A stretch of 64,000 nt of DNA from Octopus vulgaris (Eukaryota). The stretch is from the NCBI GenBank assembly GCA_951406725.2, contig OX597834.1, positions 30,442,001 through 30,506,000 of the forward strand, in the 5' to 3' direction. Position numbers and translations under genes: made by a program. The notes under the pieces are model-generated. The model saw nothing but the letters and a program-made list of their open reading frames with translations, searched no databases and was not told the DNA's origin. Shown piece after piece: positions 12,275 to 24,176 of the stretch (positions within the stretch are counted from its first letter, which is position 1; each line of letters opens with the position of its first letter).

Positions 12275-13020
12275 ATCTGTGTCCTGTCCCTATATAAGAC
12301 CGAGAGGTCTGGTTTGAGGAAGATTTAGCTGCTATTTCTGATATACACAGCGATCATAGATGCTTCCTACATTCCTGCTAATGTCTCCTGTTCTAATATG
12401 TCCGAAAGGTAGAATTTGAGGGAGATTTAGCCACGATGTCTGTTAAGTACAACGACCACAGAAGTTTCCCCACAGTTGTCATATCTTGTCCTTACATAAA
12501 TCCAGGTGTAATCAGAGGAAGATTTAGCTAGTGTTTTTGATAACCACAGAAGCTCCTCAATTATTATTAATGTGTTATGTCCATATATAAATCTGGAAGG
12601 TGTGATTTGTGGGAGATTTAGCTGTTATTTCTGATAATACAGCGATCGCGGTTCTCCTGTTTGTTGTCCATATATAAGACAAGAAAGTGTAACTTGAGGG
12701 AGATTTAATTGCTATTTCTTACACATATAACGACCACAGAAGCTTCCCACAGTTATTTTAAGATGTCCTGTTCTTATATAAATTTGAAAGGTGTAATTTG
12801 AGGGAGATTTAACTGCTATTTCTAATAGATACAGCGATAAGACTCGCCATAGCTCGTCTTATGTGTCTTGTCCTTATATAAGATTGAAATGTATATTTCT
12901 ACAGAGGCTTTCCGCAATTATTGTCATGTCTGTCCTTTACATCTAGAAAGTGTAATTTTAAGTAAGATTTGGCTGCTATTTCTGATAGATATAGCAACCA
13001 TATATGCTTGCCCACGGCTC
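12275..13020. repeat. Degenerate tandem array, ~7-8 units of ~90-100 bp
   Basis: Core tttgagggagatttagctgctatttct recurs at ~12321, 12424, 12520, 12614, 12701, 12804, 12966. Confidence 0.85.
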
Positions 13021-13993
13021 TAGTTGGTTTAGTGTCAGAGTGAAGATATTTCTTTTGACTAGATAAACTGACAATAGACAGAGAAGTGAGGCTGAAAATA
13101 TTAAACAATAGTAACAGCTAGAAGATTACTATTACTACTATAGTACTCACTTAACCATAAATATATTACTATCCCCTAAGGGAGGGAAAAAAACATCCCA
13201 AGGGTCATATGAAAGACAAAAGCCGACTCGACCGGTCGGCTTCTAGTTTGTCTTAGTCCATCAAACCACCTTATTTGTATTAAGCAACTCGTATTATTTC
13301 ATCATAGCAACCAACTATTTAAAACATACTAAACATAACAAAAAAATTCTTTTTTCTTTCTACCTCTCGATAGTCAAACAGGCAGATAGATAGATAGATA
13401 GATTGATAGACAGATAGATAGATTGATAGACAGACAGACAGACAGACAGATAGATAGACAAATAGATAGACAGATAGATAGACAAATAGATAGACAGATA
13501 GATAGACAAATAGATAGATAGACAGATAGATAGACAAATAGATAGACAGATAGATAGACAGATAGATAGACAAATAGATAGACAGATAGATAGACAGATA
13601 GATTGACAAATAGATAGATAGACAAATAGATAGATAGACAGATAGATAGATAGACAAATAGATAGATAAATAGATAGATAGAGAGATAAACGGTAGAGAT
13701 TTAGATAAACAGGACAGATTTACTAGATGAGGATAGACAAGATGAGCAGATGGATAGAGGTAGATTGATAGACAAGACTCATTGATAAACAGAGAAACTG
13801 GTAGGTAGGTAGGTAGAGAGATAGGCAAATAGGGAAATGAAGAAACAGACGAAGTAATGGACAAGATGACAGACAAATATAGAGGTAGACATATAGCTAG
13901 ATAGACAATTCGGAGATATAGATAAGCAGTTAGAGATAGATAGATAGATAGATAGATAGAGATAGATAGATAGATAGAGAGATAGACAGTTAG

Positions 13994-14024
<31 letters not shown>

Positions 14025-14031
14025 CAGTTAG

Positions 14032-14101
<70 letters not shown>

Positions 14102-14440
14102 GCAGTTAGAGATAGATAGATAAATGGATTGATGGATAGATAGATATTTAACACTTCATTCTCTGTCTAGTTGTCGCTAGCAAATTTACTATGAAGCATT
14201 GTTCTGATTTCTCTAGATACCGAGAGAAACTCGAGTGAACAATGCCACGCTCCTACCTCGCATTGTCGGTATTATGTGGGGGGTTGTTAATGTTGACTAC
14301 TAATTATACATAAATTATCGATATATAATAAAGAAAAGAAATGGAAGAAGGAAATATGAATGATTAATCGAGTCATCTTGGAGTTAAGTTTACATTTTAG
14401 TTGAGAAGTAACGAGAAAAAACAATGATTATTCGACTCAC

Positions 14441-14470
14441 CTGGCAATAGGAGGTGCCACCTTCCGCCAT
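14441..14470 (-). CDS. First coding exon of an unidentified gene (MAEGGTSYCQ), followed by a phase-0 intron
   Basis: Minus strand reads gtaaacATGGCGGAAGGTGGCACCTCCTATTGCCAG|gtgagt: strong Kozak context (A-3, G+4), 10 open codons, consensus donor, in a short GC-richer island. Confidence 0.65.
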
Positions 14471-15499
14471 GTTTACAGCACACTTAGGTGTGTAGATGTG
14501 TAGTTATGTTTATATATGTGTGTGTGTGTGGTTATGTGAAGATATGTGTATGTGTGTGCGTGTGTGATTGTGCGCTGATATCTTTATGTGTGAGTGGTTA
14601 TTACCGATATGTTTGTGTGTATATATATATATGTATATGTGTGTGCGTAGATAGATTTATATATGTATTTGTGTGTGGTTGTATGTAGATATGAGTGAGA
14701 ATGCTGTTTGTATTTATTTATATATAACTGTTTAACACATGTGATGCTATATAACTATACACACACGCAAATCTTGTCCAAGTGCGCCAATGTAAACAGT
14801 CCACTGTTAATGTGATCGTCGCTTTGGTTAAAGATAATCCCGCCTTTGCTTTTTTTATTAATAATAATATATCATAATCCACTTTATCTTAGCCTCAACA
14901 ACCAATATTTTATTAAACTACTGTTTGTTTGTTCGTTTGATTTTTTTTTTCTTTAATAGGTAAATTCTAAATTAGATAAATTAAATAATTTATTATTATT
15001 ACTGGTGTTGCAATAAAACTCGAGGGTGATGGCCAGGAAAGGAATACAGAGGCGAGGAAAAGGGGAAAAGGAGGATTGTTGGGTGGGGAAAGGTTTGTTT
15101 AAATCTTGTTTAAGACATCGAAAAGGGAGAAAGTAAAATACTACAAAGATTGATAAATAGAAATCAACATAGCAGTCGATGTTCTGCTATTTTCTTGACA
15201 TATTCTGCCTCTGTCTTTCTTTCCCCACCAAATATGTGATAAGGTTTCCCACTACTTTCGTCGCAGAACCAACCAAGTTGGCGTAATTAAAATACGTATG
15301 CAGCGTAATATAATCTAATATATAATAATATAATACAAGCAAGCAGTAGTAATAGAGGTTGTTGTTGGGTTGGTATATATATATTTAGTAATATATATGT
15401 ATATACACAGTAGTTTGTCGGAGGCAGAAAGAGGATAAATATGCACAACAAATGACAAAACTGTTTCCTCTCCTCAGAGCGGAACAAAGTTCCCCCCTT

Positions 15500-15600
15500 T
15501 ACATGATAATTACACCGCTGAGCGTGAATCACGTGACTGATTTTCACCCAATCATATTCCTGCTATCTTGGCGCTCTTCGAAGACAGGGGGTGGGGGAAG
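15500..15600. promoter_or_regulatory. Candidate promoter: E-box TCACGTGA (15529-15536), CCAAT (15548-15552), TTGGCGC (~15568)
   Basis: Motifs read directly; CpG-retaining non-repeat DNA ~1 kb upstream of the minus-strand ATG at 14470. Confidence 0.45.
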
Positions 15601-15797
15601 GGAAGACTAAGGAGATAAAGCCTAGGAATCCCTTGTCTTCTTAAATCGTTTATACACAATGCCGTATCTTTTAACCGGCTTCCAGAAATCCGGAATGCTG
15701 TCCAAAGCAATTTTCTAATGTTGTGCATACACAGTTCCTGTTTTTCTCATTTTGGAAGTTGGTTAATTTTGTATACGGTGTATAGACAAAAAAAACT

Positions 15798-16232
15798 GGC
15801 GATCTTTCGTCTCTAGTAGACCTTTCCATCGATTTCCGTAAAAAAATTTATTTTTTTTTACATATGGGCTTGCGGGAACTTTTGAAGTAATATACATACA
15901 TATACACATACACCGAGTAAAAAATTTCAGTTATCTCTTTCTTTCACACATTACTCTGTCTCTTCACACACACTAACAGAAGCACTTCACTTACACAACA
16001 TACTGTCGGTCTCCCACACCCTATCAAACACACACACACACACATACACACACATGTACATCAATGCTTCACATGCACGGTAACTTCAAAAGAACTTCCC
16101 TCGTCATAAAATCGCTTTCTCTTAGTCTCTTTCGCTCTCATTACTTCAAAAGTTCCCGCAAGCCCATATGTAAAAAAAAAAAAAATTTTTACGGAAATCG
16201 ACGGAAAGGTCTACTAGAGACGAAAGATCGCC
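15798..16232. mobile_element. MITE, ~94-bp TIRs, 8-bp TSD aaaaaact; Merlin-like
   Basis: TIR GGCGATCTTTCGTCTCTAGTAGACC... at both ends; aaaaaact at 15790-15797 and 16233-16240. GG terminus plus 8-bp TSD fits Merlin; MULE not excluded. Confidence 0.85.
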
Positions 16233-17027
16233 AAAAAACTTAGTGGCTTGATCGATAATCTGCTTTAAAATTATATCAATTTGCAACTGCATCGGTTAAA
16301 TAAAATCACGTTCTTTACTTCTCTTCGTTTAATTTTCATTTTGTAAACATCATACTGCACACATGGTACATACAGTATGTTATATTTTAAGAATTTTAAA
16401 TATGAAACCCTGCTATAGATTTACATAAATTTGTAACCGTAGCTTAAATAAAATCATGTTCTTCATTTAATTCTCTTACTATAAATATTATACGGATGGA
16501 TTTATGAATACCAGTCAATCCCTGCTTTAGAAATGTGTTAATTTGAATCAATCGATTACAATTTGATTCTTAACATTTCATGATTTATTTTAGATTTTAA
16601 GAATATATATACTAAGATTGTTTCCAGAAAACCGGAAAATTCAGAAATCCGGTAGACTTCCGGTCTCAGATTTGCCGGATAATTGGTCTGGTATTGTATT
16701 TGTTTTGAATCCGTTCGCATCTTGGCTACATTGTAGGTGTATGCAACACGATCTTTAAATGCTGTTATCATTTGACCGTCGTTTCATCCTATCGTCACTC
16801 CCTTAATTACTCGGAAAGATGACAGTCAAAGTTTACCTTTTGCAGGATTGAAAATCGTGAGGTGTTACATTTATTAGATGTCATCTCATTTGGTGCAACC
16901 GGTAGAAGCTGCAGAACAAATATATACATGGATGGGATTGACGAAAGACGCACACCATCCTCTGAAAGATACATATTCAATATACAGAGGATTTATATGT
17001 ATACATCTACGAGTTTCATGTCTTCTG

Positions 17028-17404
17028 CAGGCGTGGCTCTGTGGTAAGAAGTTTGATTCTTAACCACGCGGTTCTGGGTTCAGTCCCACCACATGGCACC
17101 TTGAGTAGAACGAACGGAATTAAATGCAACTTCATAACCCTGGGCCAACCAAAGCCTTGTGAGTGGATTCTGTAGACTGAAACTGAAAAAAATCCGTCAT
17201 ATATGAATATATTGAGTGTATATGTGTTTTTGTTCCACCGGTGTCGGTTTGTTTATGTTCCCATAACCTAGCCGATCGGTATGAAGGAAACGGATAGAAT
17301 AAGTTAGAGATTTAAAAAAAAGTACTGGGGTCGATTTATTCGACTTAACCCCTCAAAGCAGTGCCCCAACATACCTCCAGTCTGATGAATGAAACAAGTA
17401 GAAG
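17028..17404 (+). mobile_element. SINE family A (older)
   Basis: Degenerate full-length copy. Confidence 0.8.
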
Positions 17405-19258
17405 ATACACACAGTTATGCACGCAATTTTGTATCACTAGAAAGAGTAGGGATCTTCATGTCTACTCCCTGTTCTTGCCTTTGTTAAAAAAAAAAATTAT
17501 TTTTCACGTTGCCCCTGCCGAAGACTATTCGGTTTAAAAACGACGGTAAGCCGTTAAAACTTTTTTTTTCATACTCCCTCAAAATATTGACCTGGCCCTT
17601 TGTGCTTAATCAAAATAAATCAATAATCACAGATGGGTTTACGGACATGAAAACTCGTGAACGTCACCTCGAGCTCCTCCCAACAAATTATTTTAAATTG
17701 AATCAGAAATTTTAATTTAGAATTCGTAGAAAGAAACACTTGCTAATAACTGAGTCACTAAATAACGCGTCATGCTGTTTTAACTGTATTTTAACTCGCA
17801 GCCTCACCTTTCTGTTACTAAAACCGGATACTGTTTCACTTCATTATTTGCGTGCATAGTAATATATAGGCATTTAGCATTGACTGTCGGAAAAAAAATG
17901 TGCCCAGTACTGTAGTAGATATTAAAAATTCAGAATTGGGTCTTCAAGCAAAGTTTATATCATAGGTATCCTCGTTTTTAGGGTCCTTATTTAAATCGGT
18001 CTTTTAATAAGTTACTATGTATGCATTTTCCCCTACTTCGTTGTTGGTTAGTTCCTAGATGATGAGGTTTCGTTGTTTTTATATATATATATATTTGGTA
18101 AATTTGGGTGATTATTTTTAAAAAATTCTTTTTTCTGTAGTTGAAGATTTTTGCTTCATAAATTGATTTTTTTTAATGCGAAAACGGCCAGCAATATGAG
18201 GTGGTAGTTTGATCAAAGGTGAGATGTTACAGACGATCTACAGCAAAAATAAAACCTCGGAGTAATTTGGCATACCGCCTGAAAAAAAAAGACTCAATTC
18301 ACCAGGCAAAAATTCTTCATTTAATAAATGAAAACAAAATGATCATCCCAATTTTAGAAAATTCATATGGAAATCCCAGCTTCTAACCAACAACACGTGC
18401 ACATATACCTATATGCATACCCACATATATTACATACATACATACAGATATACGCTCTACCTAGCACCGGACCTATGATTTAAAATGGATTTGGTACTTC
18501 CATAGTTATAGTGTCCAACCAACACCTGCCTACCTGATACCTTAATGCTTGTTTTACCTAAATGTGAACCCTATGTTACTGTCCCTAGCCATCTGTGTCG
18601 CCCTACGTGTTCGTGTGTCTAGATTCCGTTGAATCCTATAACTAATCTACATTATAGATCATATAGTATTTATGGCAAATTTACGATATGAGTACCGTTA
18701 CTGTCAAACTGGAGCACCTGTATATAGTGGTCGGTTTCAGCTGAATATATGGTGATTGGGTGGGAAAATGTTACCCTGGGTGAGACTATAACAGCTAGCC
18801 CTGCACGGTACGCCGGTTCGTCACAGCTGTTGCTGAAATTCATTTACAGCTGAGAGAATTGGAGTAACGTGAAATGAACAAACTTGCTCAAGAACACAAC
18901 GCAGCGTCTTGTCCAGGGATCGAAACAACGACCTTACTATCGTGAGCGCATCACCCAAATCGCCGTGGGTGTCATCTAAATCCCGTAATAGTAGTTAGAA
19001 ATCGTTAAATATATATTTTAAGTTGCTTCTTGATTAGTGATCAATATATTACTTGCACACGGTTCGTATTAAACGGTATCATATTCTATGTAAAAACAAA
19101 AAACTGTCGCGCTTTATTCAATATTTTAAATAAAATAAAATAAAATAAAAAGAGCTTTAAACGAATAAGAAATGTCTTCTCTCTTTTTTTCTTCAGTCTT
19201 GTATTCAAATATATGACCCTTTCCTCTATAAGCATGTATCTACATAGCATATATATAT

Positions 19259-19456
19259 ATACTAAGTAATTAAGGGTTTAGCAACGATTTGCCTCACCAC
19301 ACACCGAATTTAGAAATAGCAGTCAAAGAGTTATAGCTATTCTTTCTACTAAAAGGGAGATCTCAGTAGAAAGAATAGCTATAACTCTTTGACTGCTATT
19401 TCTAAATTCGGTGTGTGGTGAGGCAAATCGTTGCTAAACCCTTAATTACTTAGTAT
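19259..19456. repeat. Perfect palindrome: 92-bp arms, 14-bp spacer
   Basis: 19259-19350 is the exact reverse complement of 19365-19456; spacer aaaagggagatctc. Confidence 0.95.
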
Positions 19457-20449
19457 TACTTAAACTTTCCTCAAATGGGGCTTTTACATGCCGAAATCTA
19501 CTTGGTGAAATTAATGATTATTCCAAATTAATTAATTTCACCCTATATTATTACTGATAGCATATATATATATATAATATGTAAGTCGTCTAAGAGTCCG
19601 TAAGTCACTTCTCTTACACACAAATGATATGTAGTAGATATCATTTTTATCACTATATATATTCTAAGCGGCAGAAAGTTCCAAAAATTACTCTAAGGCC
19701 GAAAGTTTCGTGTACGGCATTCATAAAATTGATTACTGCCATACACGAAACACTCGTCCCCCGAGTCAATTATAACTTATTACCGATAAAAAAAAAATAA
19801 TAATATACGTATACTAATTTACTCTTTTCATCCGATTCGTTCTACCAAACCTTTATGTTATGTTATAGTTTCAACACATTCTATACATCGGTTTCATCAT
19901 ATATATATATATATTTCGGTTTCAACATATCTATATATAATACATCTCGTCTATATATCGCACTGCCTGTAAATTACTTGATGCATTAAATCAGTTACTT
20001 TTCTGTATTCTACACGTTTAAACGTCTTTGCTGCGACCAAGACAAAAGAAAAGTAATAAGCATTTTATATTTATAAATTCCTTCAAACGAATGAATGAAC
20101 GAGATACCTAGGTGGCTGCTTTATTTCCAATAATAATATTAATGATAATGGAAAACCGATACCTTCCTTACACGTGATCGAATTAATGATTCGATATATT
20201 TGGTTATTGTAATTTAATTAATTTTCTTTTTTAGAAATTCACATTAAAATATATCTAAATACAATTTACATTAATTTTTAAAAAAATTAATCTAATATAT
20301 AATATATATTAGGTAATTAAGTATTATGGGATGTTAAACCTTCCGAAGTATTGCAAGTATAATTAATTTTTTTTTGGTAACGATATCTTTTAAGAATTAT
20401 TTACTTTTTCTAGGTTTTTATTCTCTTTAATGTTAATTTTTTTCTATAT

Positions 20450-21560
20450 GAACCATAAAATGATTGACGAAGCCCATTGATATTTTTTCTTTCTTCTCGC
20501 CAAACAACAACCACCCGTTTCTAGTTTTGACTACCCCGGGCGTCATCGTCGTATGTAAAGAGTCTCACCTCCAATCTGTTTATAAGCTTATTTTTATAAT
20601 TATAAATTGAAGCAGATTAAAACAGCATATCTTAGGCAAAAAATACGACAAAGCATTCGTAAATAAATACTACAACTGAAAAAATGTGCGGACGAACAGC
20701 GTGGTAAGTGTTTTTTGAAACGAATATTATTTGTCATGATTTAATATTTACGTTTATTAATTGACTTTTTAATTTTCTGAACTGATAAAGCATGAAATAT
20801 ATAATGTCTGGTTTGTTTTGTATACTAATGATATTTGTTAATTGATGAAAAAAATTATCTGTATGCCAAATGACGAGCCAGAGGAAGCAAGGACGACTGT
20901 CTCCGGACCAGTTGAATGAATCCCTTCCAGACATCGACCGAAGTTTCGTTTCCCGCTAAAAAAGCAAAAGAATAATCATTTCTGGTCCGACTGGATTCCA
21001 TTTGACGTGTTGCTAATTTGCTTCGTTCTCTCTCAGCAAGTGTTTGAACACCACAAATGCTCGAATCCATTCATGCATCACTAAAACCGAAACTGATATC
21101 AGTGATTTTTATTTTATTGCCTTACCCAAAACACAAACGTTATCTATAAACATTGAACTGTTTCATTTCCACACTACGGCATAACTACAGTTTCGCGCCT
21201 CAGTGCCATATCTATAGTTTGGTACCTCACGACTGAAGTTATTTGCGTGTTATGATTGTATTTTGTTGTCTTTGTGACATATCTACACTTTCGTGTTTGG
21301 CATAATCCCAGTTTGGTGTTCCATGGACAACTACACTTTAGTATTTTTGTGATATGCCTACTCTTTAGTGTCCAGACTTTATGGACTGACGATATCAAAG
21401 AATTGATTCGGAACAAAAGCTTGGCTGCTTGTATTCCTGCAGCGCAAAACAGGGGAACTAGAGGGTCTTAGCTAGGCGATCCTGGACACAGGAGTGGCTC
21501 CTAATTGACGACACAGCATAACTCTGGTATGGTGTCCCCATCGCGATTCTTGTTATGTCA
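20450..21560. promoter_or_regulatory. CpG-retaining promoter-proximal region, possibly bidirectional
   Basis: Repeat-free, CpG-rich relative to background, E2F-like TCTCGCCAAA at ~20494, splice signals on both strands. Confidence 0.35.
20684..20703 (+). CDS. HMCES: First coding exon, HMCES/SRAP-type N-terminus MCGRTA(C), followed by a phase-2 intron
   Basis: aaaaATG TGC GGA CGA ACA GCG TG|gtaagt. MCGR with catalytic Cys2 is the SRAP hallmark and animal HMCES begins MCGRT[S/A]C. Perfect donor. No downstream HMCES exons recognised. Confidence 0.55.
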
Positions 21561-22081
21561 CAACTCCTTGAAAAAGGCATATTTATTAATGACATTTTGC
21601 AGATATATGTTTTCGACGATGTAGTGTTTTGAAAGAACTTTTAAAAATACGCATTTTAAGTGTTAAGAGGAAACAATCGGGAGAGTGGATTGAGAATAAA
21701 CTAAAAGTCCTTAAGAAAGCAATTTATCAAAATAATCGTAATCTACATTCTCGCAAATGTTTGTTTATAAAAAAAATAAACAAGCATATTTTAAGACGTA
21801 ATTGGGGCTCTAAAGTGTAGTTATACTTACTATTTCCGTCTCCGGTTAGGCGGTGCATTAATAAACATCAATTTTAGTGGAAAGTAATTTATATTTCCCT
21901 TTATTTACTATTTAACTGTTCTAATTTTTTCTCAGTCTTTCTTCTTCTTCCATAAAATATTTGATTCACATGAGTAATTTATTTGCTTTGAAATATCTTT
22001 ATTACGGACGATTTTCCCTGCTGTCTTATATTTCCGTCTGTTTTTATTTGTATTGGGTGTCCCAGTCGAGAGACACACCAG

Positions 22082-22640
22082 ACTTTGTTTCCTCATAACT
22101 TTCAGAAAAATAGGAATTTTGGAATGAAATTTTCTACAAATACCTTCCAGATATTGTAGATTACTTTTATATAATTTAATATTAAAAGAAATGTGTGTGG
22201 AGGGGATTGTTGGTCTCCCACTAACAGATGCTGATACACATCACCTCTATATATATCTACAAAATACGTCTGTCGTTACGTTCTGAGTTCAAATTCTGCT
22301 GAGGTCGACTTTGCCTTTCATCCTTTCGGGGGTCGATGAATAAAGTACCAGCTACGCCCTGGGGTCGATGTAATCGACTTAATCCCTTTGTCCGTCCTTG
22401 TTTGTCCCCTCTATGTTTAGCCCCTTGTGGGTAGTAAAGAAATATATTTACAAAATAAACTTGAAATTTTGAAGAAAAAAATTTGTAATATATGTTAGTG
22501 TGAATGTGGACCCACCAATATACATTTATTTTAAAATTAGATTCCGATATAATTGTATTCTACACCACCTGAAAGGAATGTGTAGAAGATTTCCTCAAAG
22601 AGTTGACGATTTTTCAGAAAGTCATGAGGAACCAAAATCA
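22082..22640. mobile_element. Old TIR element with degenerate long inverted arms, interrupted by SINE-B
   Basis: ttcctcataactttcagaaaaa...cactaaca versus tgttagtg...tttttcagaaagtcatgaggaa. Confidence 0.5.
22264..22444 (+). mobile_element. SINE family B
   Basis: gttctgagttcaaattc..gaggtcgactttgcctttcatcctttcgggg..aagtaccag..gtagtaaagaaata. Confidence 0.85.
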
Positions 22641-22823
22641 GGATTCCTTTTCTTTCTAAAATACCCATTTTAAGAGTTTTCATTTAATTTTCTGTATCTC
22701 TAAGAGTATTTAACGACGTTCGTGCAATGAAGCTGTCATTTCGACCGATTATTATGATAATATATATTAATTAATAAGGGTGTTTGTTTAATTTCCATAG
22801 CTGTGTTGAGGGCTTCTTTGAAA

Positions 22824-22853
22824 ATGGAACCACATTCTAAGAAAGAAATTAAG
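22824..22853 (+). CDS. Candidate exon (exon 22801-22853; CDS MEPHSKKEIK)
   Basis: Acceptor atttccatag| at 22800, aaaATGG context, AAG|gtacat donor, 91-nt intron to the next in-frame exon. Confidence 0.4.
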
Positions 22854-22944
22854 GTACATACGTCGAATATGGACATCGTAGGCAAACTACGACCTCCTCT
22901 ACATTATAGTATTTTTTTAAAGGAATTATGGTATCATTTTACAG

Positions 22945-23022
22945 ATTAGTGGAGTAAAGTTGTCAAAATATGTACGTAAACGGCGACCCTCAGTAGAAAA
23001 CGAAACACTGGATAAAGAGAAA
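22945..23022 (+). CDS. Candidate exon ISGVKLSKYVRKRRPSVENETLDKEK
   Basis: Acceptor cattttacag|, 78 nt open in phase 0, donor AAA|gtatag (alternative donor gtacgt at 22972). Confidence 0.4.
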
Positions 23023-23256
23023 GTATAGGGTTTTATTTTTAGAATATGTCATAAAATATAATTAAGTCAATTTGATTAGTCTTAGTAATCACAGGTTTCT
23101 TAATTGTCTCAAAAGTATTTATTAACCACCGCTTTTGTGGAATCCCCGAATACCTACAAATATTCTAAAATATGTTTTATTGTTTATAAAATGTATTAAA
23201 ACGGTGATCAAGTCAGTTTAATTAGACTTAGTTAATTACCAGAAACACCTTCGTTG

Positions 23257-23533
23257 GCTCGTAAAATATTTATTTACACTCGACATGTGGAATCCTCAGA
23301 ATGCTTACAACAATTCTAAGGTCTGCTGCTGTTTAAGGGACCACTTACAAAAGACCTGCTACATTCACCCAATTTACAAATAAATCATCAGACATGCGAT
23401 TATTAAGGTTAATTAAACCGAGTTAATTGACGTTTAATGGTATAATTTGCAGACATAAAACAGCAGCACGTCTTAGAATTGTTGTAGACCTTCAGGGGTG
23501 CCACACATGTAGTGTAAATAATACTTTATGAGC
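23257..23533. repeat. Degenerate inverted repeat, probably a DNA-transposon relic
   Basis: gctcgtaaaatatttatttacact...acaacaattctaagg..tgctgctgttt versus aaacagcagca..cttagaattgttgt...agtgtaaataatactttatgagc. Confidence 0.5.
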
Positions 23534-24129
23534 CTATTAGGGAGCCTGTATATTAGAAAAAAAAAGGGTAATCTCGAACGTAGGAACATGATTTCTTTTA
23601 AAACACCAAATGGCTATGAGGGTCCCTCTCTGTAAAACAGGAATCAAAGGGAGTCCCCATACGCAAAAAATGGTTAAGCTCTGGCCTAGAGGATCGAAAA
23701 TACCCTTCTAGACAGAAAAAATGACCAGCAAGCCGTTATGTTTTCATAAGGGAGCCTGTCATTATTAACACTAATTAAGCTGATTTAATTACAGTTTTAT
23801 AATATATTTTCTAAATAAAAAAAACCCCACCATGCTTTAGATTTTTTGTTGAGATTTAGTGTCGTTTCGACAAATTTACCAAAGTTATTTTATTTCTTTC
23901 GTTTGCTGTTTAAATTGCTCTCACTTTTACCAACATCTGATACACTCGGATAGTTTAATTTACTACTACTACTGTTATAAATGTATGTAGTCTTGCGTTG
24001 AGGTATGAAATCTTCTATCATCACTCTTCCATCGCCTGTCATTGTCACCAACAACCTCATGTTTTTATTGACTCACTCGATGGAGTGGTCACGCTAGAGG
24101 CTCGTAGTAACTAATATGTATTATTTTAG

Positions 24130-24176
24130 TACCGAAGCAAGATAGATTACAGGACGAAATACTACAGACTAAAGGG
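24130..24176 (+). CDS. Candidate exon YRSKIDYRTKYYRLK(G)
   Basis: Acceptor attattttag|, phase-compatible with the previous exon, donor GG|gtttgt. Confidence 0.35.

Noticed and set aside
12275-13020. CRISPR-like repeat-spacer appearance (also 51360-52035)
   Set aside because: Whole units are homologous and degenerate, with no unique spacers or cas genes, in a eukaryotic context.
15450-15482. Hammerhead-like CTGAGGA-gag-GAAAC..GTC on the minus strand
   Set aside because: No room for stem II and no stem I.
21013-21081. MHEWIRAF, PH-domain-like terminal exon on the minus strand
   Set aside because: No supporting upstream exons; several frames are open in this CpG-rich patch.
21380-21440. Hammerhead-like CTGACGA...GGAAC...GTA (also CTGATGA at ~48299 and ~55725)
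   Set aside because: GAAA core missing or stems mis-registered; expected by chance.
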